Source: Eledone cirrhosa
Taxonomy: Eukaryota
DNA: 64,000 nucleotides
Assembly (NCBI GenBank): GCA_964016885.1
Contig: OZ024743.1
Span: 213,962,001-214,026,000, forward strand
Reading direction: 5' to 3'
How positions within the stretch are numbered: position 1 is the stretch's first letter; each line of letters begins with the position of its first letter. Shown one piece after another: positions 39,514 through 55,345 of the stretch. The position numbers were made by a program, and so were the translations under genes. A model generated the notes under the pieces. The model did not search any database, was not told where the DNA came from, and saw nothing but the letters and a program-made list of their open reading frames with translations.

Positions 39514-41124
39514 CCTACCACTAACTCCTCCCTCTCTACTTTAGCCATAGAGTTCTCTCAATAAACAGACAGTCACACACTCAGGTAGTTAGACGGCTAA
39601 GATTGTTTGCACACTTACAAACGATACTGGGCCTGTTTCCACGGAGTTCTCGCAGCTGAGTACACATTTTTAGAATAACTACCTAGTAAATAGTTAGATT
39701 GATTACACACTTAGTATACCTAGTTAGTAATTGATTTCTCACTCAGACATGACGGAATTTCGCGCACCTACCTTTACTTTAAGATACCCTAACCATTGAG
39801 TTCTCTCAGTTGGGATATAGCTAGTCGTATTACACACTTAGTTAGGACCGATTACGCTCTCTATACATAACTCTACACACAGTACCCGTTTCCTTTAGAC
39901 ATTGAGCTCCCACACATACGCCTGTCACGTTCCTACAGACTGAACACTACAATAGGTTTTGACCGGGGATCATCTACCCATGGAGGACTAACTATTACAG
40001 ATTGAACAATAATACTGACACACCATTAATGGGCCTACACACATCCATTGGAATTTACTATCCTGTGTATTTTTACTTCACCTTCTATGTTGGATAACAC
40101 ACCTCCATCACTCAAACAAATATCTTAAAAGCTCATTGGCCCACATGACGGGAAATCGCACTTACAGACGCATTTACCCAATACCCAACCATACACGGAG
40201 CCCATGCTGGCCTACATTGCGGTTGCTTGCACGCAAGGATTTGGCGGCTCGAATATTCAATGGGACAGCGGTACATACTGAGTTCGATATGAGCTGATTG
40301 CTTGCTCTTCTCATGGATGTGTATATACCTGGACATACCCGTTTTTGGACGATTCGGATGTGTATATACCATAACATACACTTGAAGATATGGATGTTAC
40401 AATTCAATCTATACACGTATAGCAGATCACTGAACTGAACTTACTTGCTTGTGTGTGTGTGTGTGTGTTTGAATGGGGCGTTGGTTAACCAAATATTTCC
40501 AATTTACATCGTCAAATTGAGATTTGACCAATATAGCTTCTGTTGTTTTGTGAACTAACTTTCGGTGAGTGCTGTGTTGGTACATTCTTATATTTGTTTT
40601 CTTGTATTTGTTTTTTCTCGGATTTCGCTTCGGTGTGTGTGTGTACCCACCCACACTAACTCTACAGGTTTAATACTGTGTTGATGTGTGTATATATATG
40701 TATATATTTTTCTTTGACCTCACGCCGGTGCATGTAGGTGTGGAATGTGTGTGTACCCATTAACATTAACCGTGACTGACTGTATCCCTACAGATTTGAT
40801 TGATGTCCAGCGTCTTTTGCAGCGATAGAAATCTGAAAACTTTTATGACCTCAACTGAGGCTAATAGCAGCCGCCGTGTCTCTGACTGACTGGTGTGTCT
40901 CCATATGAGGGAAGGAATTCTGTGAGAGAACATCGTTATGTTTCTCCCTCATATGAAGAATTTGAAGACAATTCATTTTCACCTGTTGAAATCAGTGATA
41001 ATCGATCATGGCCTCACAATTGATCTATCTCTTATTGAAACATGTGTCGTGATTAAATGATTGGAATTTTACCTTGCCTTCGGATTTTCATTTTGATATA
41101 TACAAATATATATATATATTTATA

Positions 41125-41490
41125 TATTATAAAATATCAGGAGGCTGGACTGGTGTAAAACCTTGAAAGGTTTATTATACTATGATCATTTCAATGACCG
41201 GGTTCAATATGAATCCGGTGACATCATCAGGTATTCAAAATGTAACAGAGGAATATAACATATTAAATCTGAACCCGGTCATTGTAATGATATAGTATAA
41301 TAAACCTTTGAAGGATTTACACCAATCCAGCCTCCTGTTATTTTATTATAATTAACTCCGTACTCACACCATCCACTACACAAACGAAGACGGGTGAGTT
41401 GCATTACGTTGAGTGCTCTCCATAATATTACATCGAGATTGACCATACGGAATGACCAGTTATATCCAGTGGTGAACCAACAAACCTAAA
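41125..41490. mobile_element. Palindromic pLTR fragment with HHR
   Basis: Arms ~41125-41205 / 41271-41350; TA tracts on both sides. Confidence 0.75.
41177..41234 (-). ncRNA. Type I HHR
   Basis: atac CTGATGA tgtcaccgg..ccggtcatt GAAA tgatca TA gtat; palindromic TGATCA. Confidence 0.75.
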
Positions 41491-41491
41491 T

Positions 41492-42057
<566 letters not shown>

Positions 42058-42087
42058 TTTTATATATTTATATATATTTATAAATAA

Positions 42088-42140
<53 letters not shown>

Positions 42141-42146
<6 letters not shown>

Positions 42147-43055
42147 ATACATTATAAAGAAAGAAGAAACATTAGATATAATTAATAAGATATACCATAC
42201 CTAAATTTCTCCATTACTCCACGACTACGTAGTTTCGTGGCTTACTATGCAAAAACACTACATCACAGAGATACAGTATCTTTGTGAGGTTTCCCGACTT
42301 ATCAAGAGGATACCTCATTTAGATTTTCAAAACACGTCCGTAGGACGCGATTTAGAATCCCGAAAGGCGGAGGGGGAGTCCATCACGTGATACAGCGGTT
42401 AAGAAACAGAGCTAAGCCTCTTACAACCAAGAAAGAAATACCACAAAAGGCGGAGGGGGTATCTATGTCAAAGGCCGAAGAAGAGATGGCTAGGGTGGCG
42501 AGAAGTTTGAGTAATTAAAGCTATGCAGCAGTCACTACACTTCAGTTGTTACTCTACCGTAGGGATTTATAAACAATATAAAGAAATACACAGACACACG
42601 CGAATACATTCATATACATGAATACACCCACATATCCATGAATTTGTGTGGTGCCAACATTAACCGTGTTGCTCTATGAATAATCGGGACAAAATAATCC
42701 GAATGGACTAGATTGATTCAATATCAGAGCTATATAATACATTATAAAGAAAGAAGAAACATTATATATAATTAACAAGATATACCATACCTAAATTTCT
42801 ACATTACTCCTCGACTACGTAGTTTTGTGGCTTACTATGCACAAACACTACATCACAGAGATACACTTTCATTGTGAGGTTTGCCGACTTATCAAGAGGA
42901 GACCGCATTTAGAGTCTCAAAACACGTCCGTAGGACGCCGCGAGATAGAATCCCGAATGGCGGATGAGGGTCCATCACGTGATACAGCGGTCAGGAAACA
43001 GAGCTAAGCCTCTTACAACCAAGAAAAAAATACCACAAAAGAATCTAAGACTAAG
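42141..43055 (-). mobile_element. Retrozyme-like 590-bp tandem repeat x1.5 (family D), U3-A8 HHR per unit
   Basis: Unit starts 42141 and 42731; HHRs 42218-42310 (tcctc TTGATAA gtcgg..ccac GAAAC tacgta GTC gtgga) and 42808-42900 (G12A). Confidence 0.85.
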
Positions 43056-43057
43056 AC

Positions 43058-43104
<47 letters not shown>

Positions 43105-43154
43105 TGTATGTATGTATGTATGTATGCATGTATGTATGTACGTACGTATGTATG

Positions 43155-43348
<194 letters not shown>

Positions 43349-43350
43349 TG

Positions 43351-43382
<32 letters not shown>

Positions 43383-43736
43383 CATATATATATATACACA
43401 GTTCGAGAGTAAACCAATCTTGAAGAGAGAGATGGAGATAAGGGAGGAGAAAAGAGATTGGTGAAGGTGTTAGAAGCCAAAAGCGTAAAGGCATGTGCTC
43501 GAAGTGCAGTATGCAGTGGGAGGCAGCTAGAGAACTGGGTCCATGCAGAGATTAGGTGCACAGAGCTGGAAATATTCACTAGTTAAGCAAATCAAGGCCA
43601 CAACATTCACAGGGAAGACGTTAGTTTAAGCATAGTTGCAGAATAGATGTTAAATGTGAGATATTGTATGGGAGGTAACTTATAATTGTCTAATTATAGA
43701 GTTCAATATTTAACATGTAATGGCGAGATTTGATGA

Positions 43737-44460
43737 CTATGTTGGGTCGAATATTCTGTTGGCGAAGAAATATGCCCTACGATGGTGACAGTTAATAATT
43801 TTCTCGTTTCTATCCTTTATAGATGGTGGTCGCGACAGAGTTATGTGATAGGCCTCGGTAAGACAGAGATCACAACAGTTTCTTCGTCCATTGGACGCTG
43901 CGGATCTAGCCAAGATATCCCAAGTAAGTGAGTGTTCAATGTTGGTTTATTTAAGATTTTGAATGAGCCTAGCTAGAGATGTTGAGCATCTGCTGCTAGG
44001 GTCGCGGATGGAAAATGAGTGCGCATTATAGCGTACCTTAAATGGGTTAGAGGAAGAGCCAATATAGGAGCTAGTGTGTGATGCCGTTCTAAATGTGCAC
44101 CTATATACTATATTGGGCGTAAGGCATTGTCCGTTAAATGGGCATGCATTAGGGTAACGGCAGTTGTAATTACTGTTGCGATTAGTAAGAGTAGGGTTGT
44201 TTAAACTATGCGGCTGGTGTGTACTAATAGGATTGAAGGGGGGAAATATGCTACTAGGATAAGTATTGGTATAGTTGCGTGGTGTATTTATGGGAGGTAG
44301 TGGTACCGCGTTGTGGGAGTTAGATTTTTTTGGTTTATGTTGGTTACTAAATGCGATGTCGCTAGCTAGGTTCGGTGTCGTGGAGAAGGAGATTTTAATA
44401 TTGTTTTTATTAAAGAGTTTGTAGTATCTATGCTTGGGGGGAAATGTTTAGATAGGATAG
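43737..44460 (-). pseudogene. PLE linker + GIY-YIG fragment (Hydra-clade-like)
   Basis: KHRYYKLFNKNNIKISFSTTPNLA..NCRYPNACPFNGQCLTPNSIYRC..SYIGSSSNPFKVRYNAH..STSLA..LK*..WDILA..CDLCLTEAY..RNE..CHH. Confidence 0.9.
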
Positions 44461-44551
44461 AGAAGAAACTGCAACTATGCGTTAACCGACGTCTTCCATG
44501 TGTATTTTGTGGCCTTGCGATGTTTAATAAATGAATATATATATATTTATA

Positions 44552-44611
<60 letters not shown>

Positions 44612-44733
44612 AAATTAAGATAAATTAAATGAATATAATCCGAATCAAAATTATGGGTGTCATGCCATAACGGCGTGCGCCATATCGCCCGCAAAATAAG
44701 CTCAAAGATTCTATCGCGTAGGTTCGAGCATTT

Positions 44734-44820
44734 TATAATAACTAGAAATTGATTAACATATATATAAACATGAATAATCACTGGATTATTCATGTTTATA
44801 TATGTTAATCAATTTCCAGT

Positions 44821-44826
<6 letters not shown>
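44734..44826. repeat. ~45-bp-arm near-perfect palindrome adjoining (TA)n
   Basis: TATAATAACTAGAAATTGATTAACATAT..AATAATC actg GATTATT..GTTAATCAATTTCCAGTTATTATA. Confidence 0.85.
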
Positions 44827-47000
<2,174 letters not shown>

Positions 47001-47134
47001 GTGCGGATGCATTCATGTATATGTGTGTGTCCGCATGTATCTGTGTGTTTCTAAATATATCGTTAATAACTCCCTCTGGTCGAGCAACCTTTGAAGTGTG
47101 GGGACTGTTGGAAAGATTCCATTACTCATACATA

Positions 47135-47202
<68 letters not shown>

Positions 47203-47266
47203 CATATATATATACATATATATATATATACATATATATACATACATATATATATATATATACATG

Positions 47267-47340
<74 letters not shown>

Positions 47341-47350
47341 TATATATATA

Positions 47351-48314
47351 GATAATTTAATATATCTACTAACATAAACGCACAGATGTATGCTAATGCC
47401 AGCAAATACACCGGGTATGTCATAGTACCTAGGTGGTTCAATGCAGGAGGATGCAGAACAATAATATAAAAGACGTAAAATAAGAAAATAAAAAAAAAAA
47501 ATTTTTTTTTCAATTAACTTACTTAAATTTTCACTCCAACTAATTAGATTCTGCAATGGGATAAAGACAGTTACGCAATGAACTGTTGAGAATTTCATTG
47601 CGTCATCAGGGAGATCATTCTCAGCCAAGTCTCCAGGCAATGCACGGACACTGGGGACTCATATAAAAATAATAATAATTCGGTAAATGGAACAGCTATC
47701 GAGGACTGGATTCCAGGTACTGAAAATTCTCACTGCTACTGGTCATATGGCCGATTCTAAAGAATCAATCACGTGACACAGAGGCTAGTCAGTAGGAATG
47801 GGATAGTAAGATGACAGATGCCTACTAACACCCCCCATAAAAATTTAGAAGTGGTTTTTGGCAGGTTTGCTCGACAAATCAGTGATTTGGAGATAAATAT
47901 AGATAATTTAATATATCTACTAACATAAGCGCACAGATGTACGCTAATGCCAGCAAATACACATGTTATGTCATAGTACCTAGGTGGTTCAATGCAGGAG
48001 GATGCAGAACAATAATATAAAAGACGTAAAATAAGAAAATAAAAAAAAATAAAAATCCTTTAAAATTAACGTACTTACTTAAATTTTCACTCCAACTAAT
48101 TAGTTTCTGCAATGGGATAAAGGCAGTTACGTAATGAACTGTTGACAATTTCATTGCGTCATCAGGGATATCATTCTCAGCCAAGTCTCCAGACAATGCG
48201 CGGACACTGGGGACTCATATAAAAATAATAATAATTCGGTAAATGGAACAGCTATCGAGGACTGGATTCCAGGTACTGAAAATTCTCACTGCTACTGGTC
48301 ATATGGCCGATTCT
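47351..48314 (-). mobile_element. Family C tandem repeat, ~551-bp unit x1.7, HHR per unit
   Basis: Unit starts 47351 and 47902; HHRs 47533-47613 (GAATC variant) and 48089-48169 (GAAAC); stem II gcaatg/cattgc; extra fragment 48833-48898. Confidence 0.88.
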
Positions 48315-48835
<521 letters not shown>

Positions 48836-49098
48836 TCATTGCGTCATCAGGGATATCATTCTCAGCCAAGTCTCCAGACAATGCGCGGACACTGGGGATT
48901 TCTGAAGACGGCGTATATATGTGTTGGTATGTATATTTAATCTTGATAGTTTGTATAATTTTGTATAATTTTGTACATAGATCTGTTGAATATGCATGCC
49001 AATTCTAACACATATATATCCTAGAAACGATCGTTAAATAATGAACTTTTTTTGTTTAATATAAGGAACTGTTTCATTGATTATTCATTATTTGTTTA

Positions 49099-49194
<96 letters not shown>

Positions 49195-49196
<2 letters not shown>

Positions 49197-49282
49197 GGAA
49201 CGAGTAGGACCCCGACGGCCGAGCTCAAGCAGTTTCTAAGAAACGACTTGAGCTCAGCCGTCGGGGTCCTACTCGTTCCTTA
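49195..49282. repeat. Family B palindrome of HHR 3' halves
   Basis: AGGAACGAGTAGGACCCCGACGG..GTTTCT a AGAAAC..CCGTCGGGGTCCTACTCGTTCCT. Confidence 0.85.
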
Positions 49283-49296
49283 CAACGTTTACTTCG

Positions 49297-49336
<40 letters not shown>

Positions 49337-49453
49337 CGAAGGAAATGTTGTAAGGAACAAGGTCGACCATAACGCAGCAAAGTATTCAATTGTAAACAAT
49401 TGTTATCGGTATGGTGAACTAACTGTTGTGTAACCACATCTCTCTCTCCCCCC

Positions 49454-49532
<79 letters not shown>

Positions 49533-49538
<6 letters not shown>

Positions 49539-50100
49539 GACGTAAAATAAGAACATTTTAAAAATTAAAATCTAACTTACTTACTAAAATTTTCACTCCA
49601 ACTATTTAGTTTCTGTAATGGGATAAATATAGTTACACAATGTAACTATCGAGAATTCATTACGTCATCAGGGAGTCTATTCTCAGCTAAGTTCCCAGGC
49701 GATGCGCGGACACTAGGAACCCATATGAAAATAATAATTCAGTGGATGTAATAAGCTAGCGGGAACTAAATTCCATAGCACTGAATTATTATTTTTATAT
49801 GGGTTCCTAGTGTCCGCGCTTTGCCTGGGAACTTAGCTGAGAATAGACTCCCTGATGACGTAATGAATTCTCGATAGTTACATTGTGTAACTATATTTAT
49901 CCCATTACAGAAACTAATTAGTTGGAGTGAAAATTTTAGTAAGTAAGTTAGTTTTTAATTTTTAAAATTTTCTTATTTTACGTCTTTCATATAATTGTTC
50001 TGCATCCCCCTGCATTGAACCACCTAGGTACTTTGACATAACTTATATACTTACTAGTATTAGTGTACATCTGTACGCATATGTTGGTAGATGTATTAAT

Positions 50101-50102
<2 letters not shown>
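49533..50102. mobile_element. Family C head-to-head insertion with two complete HHRs
   Basis: Arms 49533-49744 / 49779-49990; HHRs 49595-49676 (-) and 49847-49928 (+): actcc CTGATGA c gtaatg..cattac a GAAAC taatta GTT ggagt. Confidence 0.9.
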
Positions 50103-50143
<41 letters not shown>

Positions 50144-50800
50144 GATCAAGTGTAAAATTAGCAGAAAAAAATAGATTAAAAACTGACCAGAGAATACAGA
50201 AGTCCCTTGTTTCAGATAAGAATATCTTTTTCCCAGGTGTATGTACTCTCACATATATTTTTGACTTCATCCGTAATTTGACACCTGTTTTAATATCGCA
50301 CAAGCTTGGAAGGTTGCAGGTATAGCCATATGACTGTGTTGACTAATAAATTAATATTCCTCCTCGTCTACTGCTTTTCAAGTGCAATCACTTTTATATG
50401 GCTTTGATTGTTTAATATTGAACCAATGCTTCGCGACAAATTGCAAAAGCAGCCAGAAAGATTTATATGGGAAAACATAACATAAAGACATAATGAAAGA
50501 AACTCTATTGTTCTTTTTTGCTGGACTGCAAAGCGAATATAAATGTCAATACGTGTACATGTCATATAACAGGTAACAATACAGAATACGGTATTTGTTC
50601 TAATGGGAATGCATGATAGAAAAATATAAGGAGCCATTCATCAAAAACATTGTGAGCACAGGACATTAGTCAAACATGTCTAGCCTCTTTCGTAGCAAAG
50701 TAGTGACAGAAAGAAGGGTCGAAATCAGGTGACTTGTAGTTGAGTATGTGTCAAATGTGGAGTGGGGACAGAGAGTGTGAAGTGAGATCAAGGACAGGAA

Positions 50801-50862
<62 letters not shown>

Positions 50863-51319
50863 TTGTCGAGAGTGTAAGTTAATAGGTAGCTAATGAACGA
50901 AGAAGATCGTATCGTTACAGTGAGAAAAGTCGCACACGGAAAAATATAAAACACGCGGCAGGAACGAAGAAAACAGATATGTCCTCGTTACCTCACTCCT
51001 TTAGATTGTGTAATTTCTTTCATGAGGCTAGAAATCTCCAGCTACCAATCGTAAAACGGTCTTATTATTTTTTAATCACGTACTGACATTCCTGTCCTGT
51101 CTGGTTGCTTCAAACCATCAGGAAACCTGGGTTCAATTTTATGGAATTTGTCTCTTTGCATGACAATTCTTTCCCAGGTGATCGTTGGAAGTGACCATAG
51201 ATTCTTGCATTCGTTTGTCCCCCACATGCTTTCCTCTTTTGTCATGTACTACGTTTATTACTTGTGTAAGGCTATGCGTTTCTCCATTGATTATCTATAA
51301 ATAAATAGATAAATAAATA

Positions 51320-51407
<88 letters not shown>

Positions 51408-51412
<5 letters not shown>

Positions 51413-52194
51413 GAGAGAAGAAACATTTAGATATAATTAGTAATAAAATGTACCATACCTAAACTGCTCCTAGATTCCTCGACTACGTAGTTTCGTGGTA
51501 TAAACAAAAACAATACATCATAAAGATATAGAGTCCCTGATGGTTGGGTGTGGATGCATTCATGTATATGTGTGTGTCTGCATGTATCTGTGTGTTTCTA
51601 AATATATTGTTAATAACTCCCTCTGGTTGAGTAATCTGTGAAGTGTGGTGGCTGCTGGAAAGCTGCCATTACTCATACTTCTCGCATCCTTCACGACCTC
51701 TTCTACGGCTTCGATATAAATACCCCCTCCGCCTCTGTGGTATTTTCTTCGGGGTTATAAGAGGCTTAGCTCTGTTTCTCGACCGTTATATCGCGTGACT
51801 ATCTCCCCCTCCGCCTTTTGGGATTCTTTCTCACGTCGTGTAGACGCGTTCTTGAGACTAGTAAAATGAGGTATCCTCTTGATAAGTCGGCAGGCCTCGC
51901 AGGGACTCTATATCTTTATGATGTATTGTTTTTGTTTATGCCACGAAACTACGTAGTCGAGGAATCTAGGAGCAGTTTAGGTATGATACATTTTATTACT
52001 AATTATATCTAAATGTTTCTTCTCTCTTCATAATGTATTTTTAACTATGATACTGGTTCAGTCTAGTTCAACCGGATTGGTCTGTCCCAGTCATTCATTG
52101 AGCAACATCAGTGAGGTTGGCACCCTTAACTCACGGTTGGGTGTGGATGCATTCATGTATATGTGTGTGTCCGCATGTATCTGTGTGTTTCTAA

Positions 52195-52201
<7 letters not shown>
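51408..52201 (+). mobile_element. Family D unit (593-bp period) preceded by inverted fragment
   Basis: GGTTGGGTGTGGATGCATTC at 51542 and 52135; 51408-51540 inverted relative to ~51900-52031. Confidence 0.85.
51874..51963 (+). ncRNA. Type I HHR, U3-A8 variant
   Basis: tcctc TTGATAA gt-c-ggca..tgccac GAAAC tacgta GTC gagga; perfect 5-bp stem I. Confidence 0.85.
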
Positions 52202-52246
<45 letters not shown>

Positions 52247-52494
52247 CGTACGTGTGCGTGTGTGTGCATATATATATGAATATATATATTTCATTTTTAT
52301 TAAGAATAAGTAGTGAGTCTTATTACTGTGGAATTTCGCGGGCTGATGACCCGTTGATAACCAGGCGTAAGTCCAAAGTATCGAGACTCACTATTTAGCC
52401 TTAATAAAATGATTAAATCTTTACTCTGGTATTGAGTACACTCTTCCATCAACTGTCTACCACATACCGAAATATATATATATATATATATATG

Positions 52495-53845
52495 TAGAAG
52501 GTGAGTAATATTGTAGAACAATAAAACAATGCATATATCAGATAAGTAGCACTTAACAGTTGGTAGAACTGGAGTATATATTAAAGAAGAAATTAAAAGA
52601 TGGTTAAAGAAGTTCCATATATTTTGTTATGCGCATTTCGAAAACAACATCATCCTGGGACAAACATTGTGTTCTCATCAGATAAAATAATGTAAAAACA
52701 CTTGTCAACAGGAAAGTGCAAAGCCTACATATGACAGAAAATATAAGAGTAAGAAAAAGATAGGAAAATAGAAAAAAAGGGAAGAAGTAGGAGAAAAGGG
52801 AAAAAGAAAGTGAAGAGAGGTAAAAAGGAAAATGAAAGAAAGAAAAGAGAGAAAGAGAAAGAGAGAGAGACTTTTGATCAGGAACGCTGTCAAAATGAAA
52901 ACAGCTGTAAATAACTAACAGCTAAAAGGTAAATTGATGAAGTGTATGTGCGAATATTATAGATGCTATTCAAATATTAAAAACTGGGTATATTATTTTA
53001 TATTGGGTTTAAATACTAAAACTTGGACTAAGAAGTGTAAAAATGTATTAATAAAATAAAATAAAATTAAATTAAAATAAGTATTAAAAAATGTTTTTAT
53101 ATAAAATAAAAAAGAAATAAAATAAAATAAAATAAAAAAAAAATAGTCTATGTCAAAATTAAAAATTTCTATTAAAAATCCATATATGTGGGGTATACTA
53201 TTTAATTATTATTTAATATCAACAAGTAAATAAAGGAAATTTCTAGAAAGGTTTATAAACGTAGAAAAACCATATGACGTCATAGTTTGTTTACAAAATC
53301 TACGAAGGTTTGAGCGAAAATATAAGGCTATCGAAAAAAGTCAAAGGAATAAAATATGCTGAGAGAACTAAATTAATACATTGTAGAATATAATTAAATG
53401 TGTGTAAAAATATATATTACAAAATATATATATGTAAAAAGAATATATATGTAAAAGAATATGTGTAAAAAAATTAACCGTTATTCGTGGAAAAAGTTAT
53501 AGGACAATAGCTATATACTTTGTGGAAGGTCTTGAAGGATTTATGATTGCAAAGACCAAATAAATCTGTTCTTCTATTTATTATAGAGTTGAAATTCGAG
53601 ATAATGGTAATTTTTTCAACTAGACATACATTACAAACACTAGATATGGAAGCATTGGAGTATGGAGATGCGTTGTAGATTTTAAGCCAATAAAGTTCGT
53701 AATTAATGTTTTTGTCTTTTAAGGACCAAATAGACGGGGAAGAGAGCATCGTTACGGTATAGTCCGCCACCGAGGCAGGGATTTCCTCTTTTATCTACGT
53801 CAGCAGTAAGAGCCCAGCCAGGTCCGTTACCTGTGCAGAGTCGCT

Positions 53846-53848
<3 letters not shown>
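52495..53848 (-). mobile_element. Internally deleted PLE: RT motif 4-5 fused to EN C-terminus, long 3' region with HHR
   Basis: SDSAQVTDLAGL..GGGLYRND (53848-53745) joined to IWSLKD..YELYW..CNVCLVEK..INRR..CNH (53740-53520). Confidence 0.85.
52620..52689 (-). ncRNA. Type I HHR
   Basis: tattttat CTGATGA gaacacaa..ttgttttc GAAA tgcgca TA acaaaata. Confidence 0.8.
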
Positions 53849-53911
<63 letters not shown>

Positions 53912-55129
53912 TAATTTCAGCGAGATCGAATTTCGGCAGTGGTCGAAAACAGAGCGAAACGCAATTTCAGAGTTATACGGCAAGCGCTCCATGGGCTAAA
54001 AAAAGATCAGAGCAATAATATATGCACATATACACATATATGTATATGTATATACATATATGTGTATAATTGTATATACATATATGTATATGTATATACA
54101 TATATGTGTATATATGTATATATGTATATATGTATATGCTTGAGTATATGTATATGTCGGTGGATGGTTATATTTGTGCGTGCGCCTCTCAGTAATTTCA
54201 TTTATATACGCTCAAATAAATGTGTATGTCTAAATACTTTCGATTATATGGTGTAGAAAAGTAAGATGACAAATTGTTAATATTTTATGTCCATATCCTG
54301 TAAGGAAGATACATAATTCTTTCCTCCTGTAACAACTTCGTAATTTTTAATATCCATATTCTGTCAGAATGCAATAGGCTAATATTTCACCTAACGTTTC
54401 ATCCATCATTCACAGATAGTCATAAACCTCTTGCTTCTATTGATTGATGTTTTGAAAATTAATAATTTGCAAGGAATATATTGGCCTTGTTTCTATGCAC
54501 GTTATTTTATGGATATTTCCTGAATATCCTGTAATATAGAGAAAATAAAACAGAGAGATATGGATTGAAAATGCAGTGAAGTTTATTTTTAAGTTAAGAA
54601 AACGTCATATCCAATATACCTTAAATATTTATATGTTGCATTTTATAATCTATTTTATGAAATGCCTAAACAAACGCGGGATGTGCAGCTTTTAGTTATG
54701 ATCATATAGTGAAGCTTTTCAAATGAAATTGCTTGGTGTAATATTGCAAAAATTCTTCTTTAGTTTTATTAGAATTATGGAAACATCGGAGTACATAAAA
54801 ATATAAAATACATACGCAAGAGTGCTTGCACAAAAAACGGACGGAGCCCATATTTAGAGAAACCTTACAGAAAGAACATTGCTTATTCGTTTTGATAAAA
54901 AGATCCACTCTCACATGCAACGTATGTCTCATCCATCCGGCGATTTATCAATTACATGGCAGTTTATTTCTGGATATTTATCTCTGGTAAAGGAGGTCAG
55001 TATTGGAGTGTATCAACAGAACTTCGTCTATATTGCATATACTTTTATCAACCAAATTTCCACTGCATATTTATTGGATGGTGACCTAATAAATATGGTT
55101 CTTCATATTATACCTAAAGGGCTGTATAT

Positions 55130-55345
55130 TAGCAGTATAGGTAGAGTGTCAGACTACATTCTTTGTGGCATAGAGTTACTACACCCTTTACGTTCTGATT
55201 TGAAATCTTACCGTGGTTAGCTTTGTGTTTTATCCTTACGGGGACGATAAAATAAAGTACCAGTAATGCACTGTGTGGATTTAATCGACTTATCCCTTCC
55301 CTAAAATTATTCACCTTCTGCCTAAATCAGAAACCAATATTATAC
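55130..55345 (+). mobile_element. tRNA-derived SINE, copy 5 (diverged)
   Basis: ATCCTTACGGGGACGATAAAATAAAGTACCAGTAATGCACTG core. Confidence 0.7.

Larger units (their letters stand above)
35950..41098 (+). mobile_element. 5'-truncated PLE with ~1.5-kb inverted 3' region
   Basis: Inverted arms 36087-37567 and 39587-41098 around a partial RT-EN ORF; TA-rich tracts on both sides. Confidence 0.92.

Noticed and set aside
52338-52395. CTGATGA..GTAA gtc..gac TC
   Set aside because: GAAA mutated and stem I missing; counted only as a degenerate remnant.
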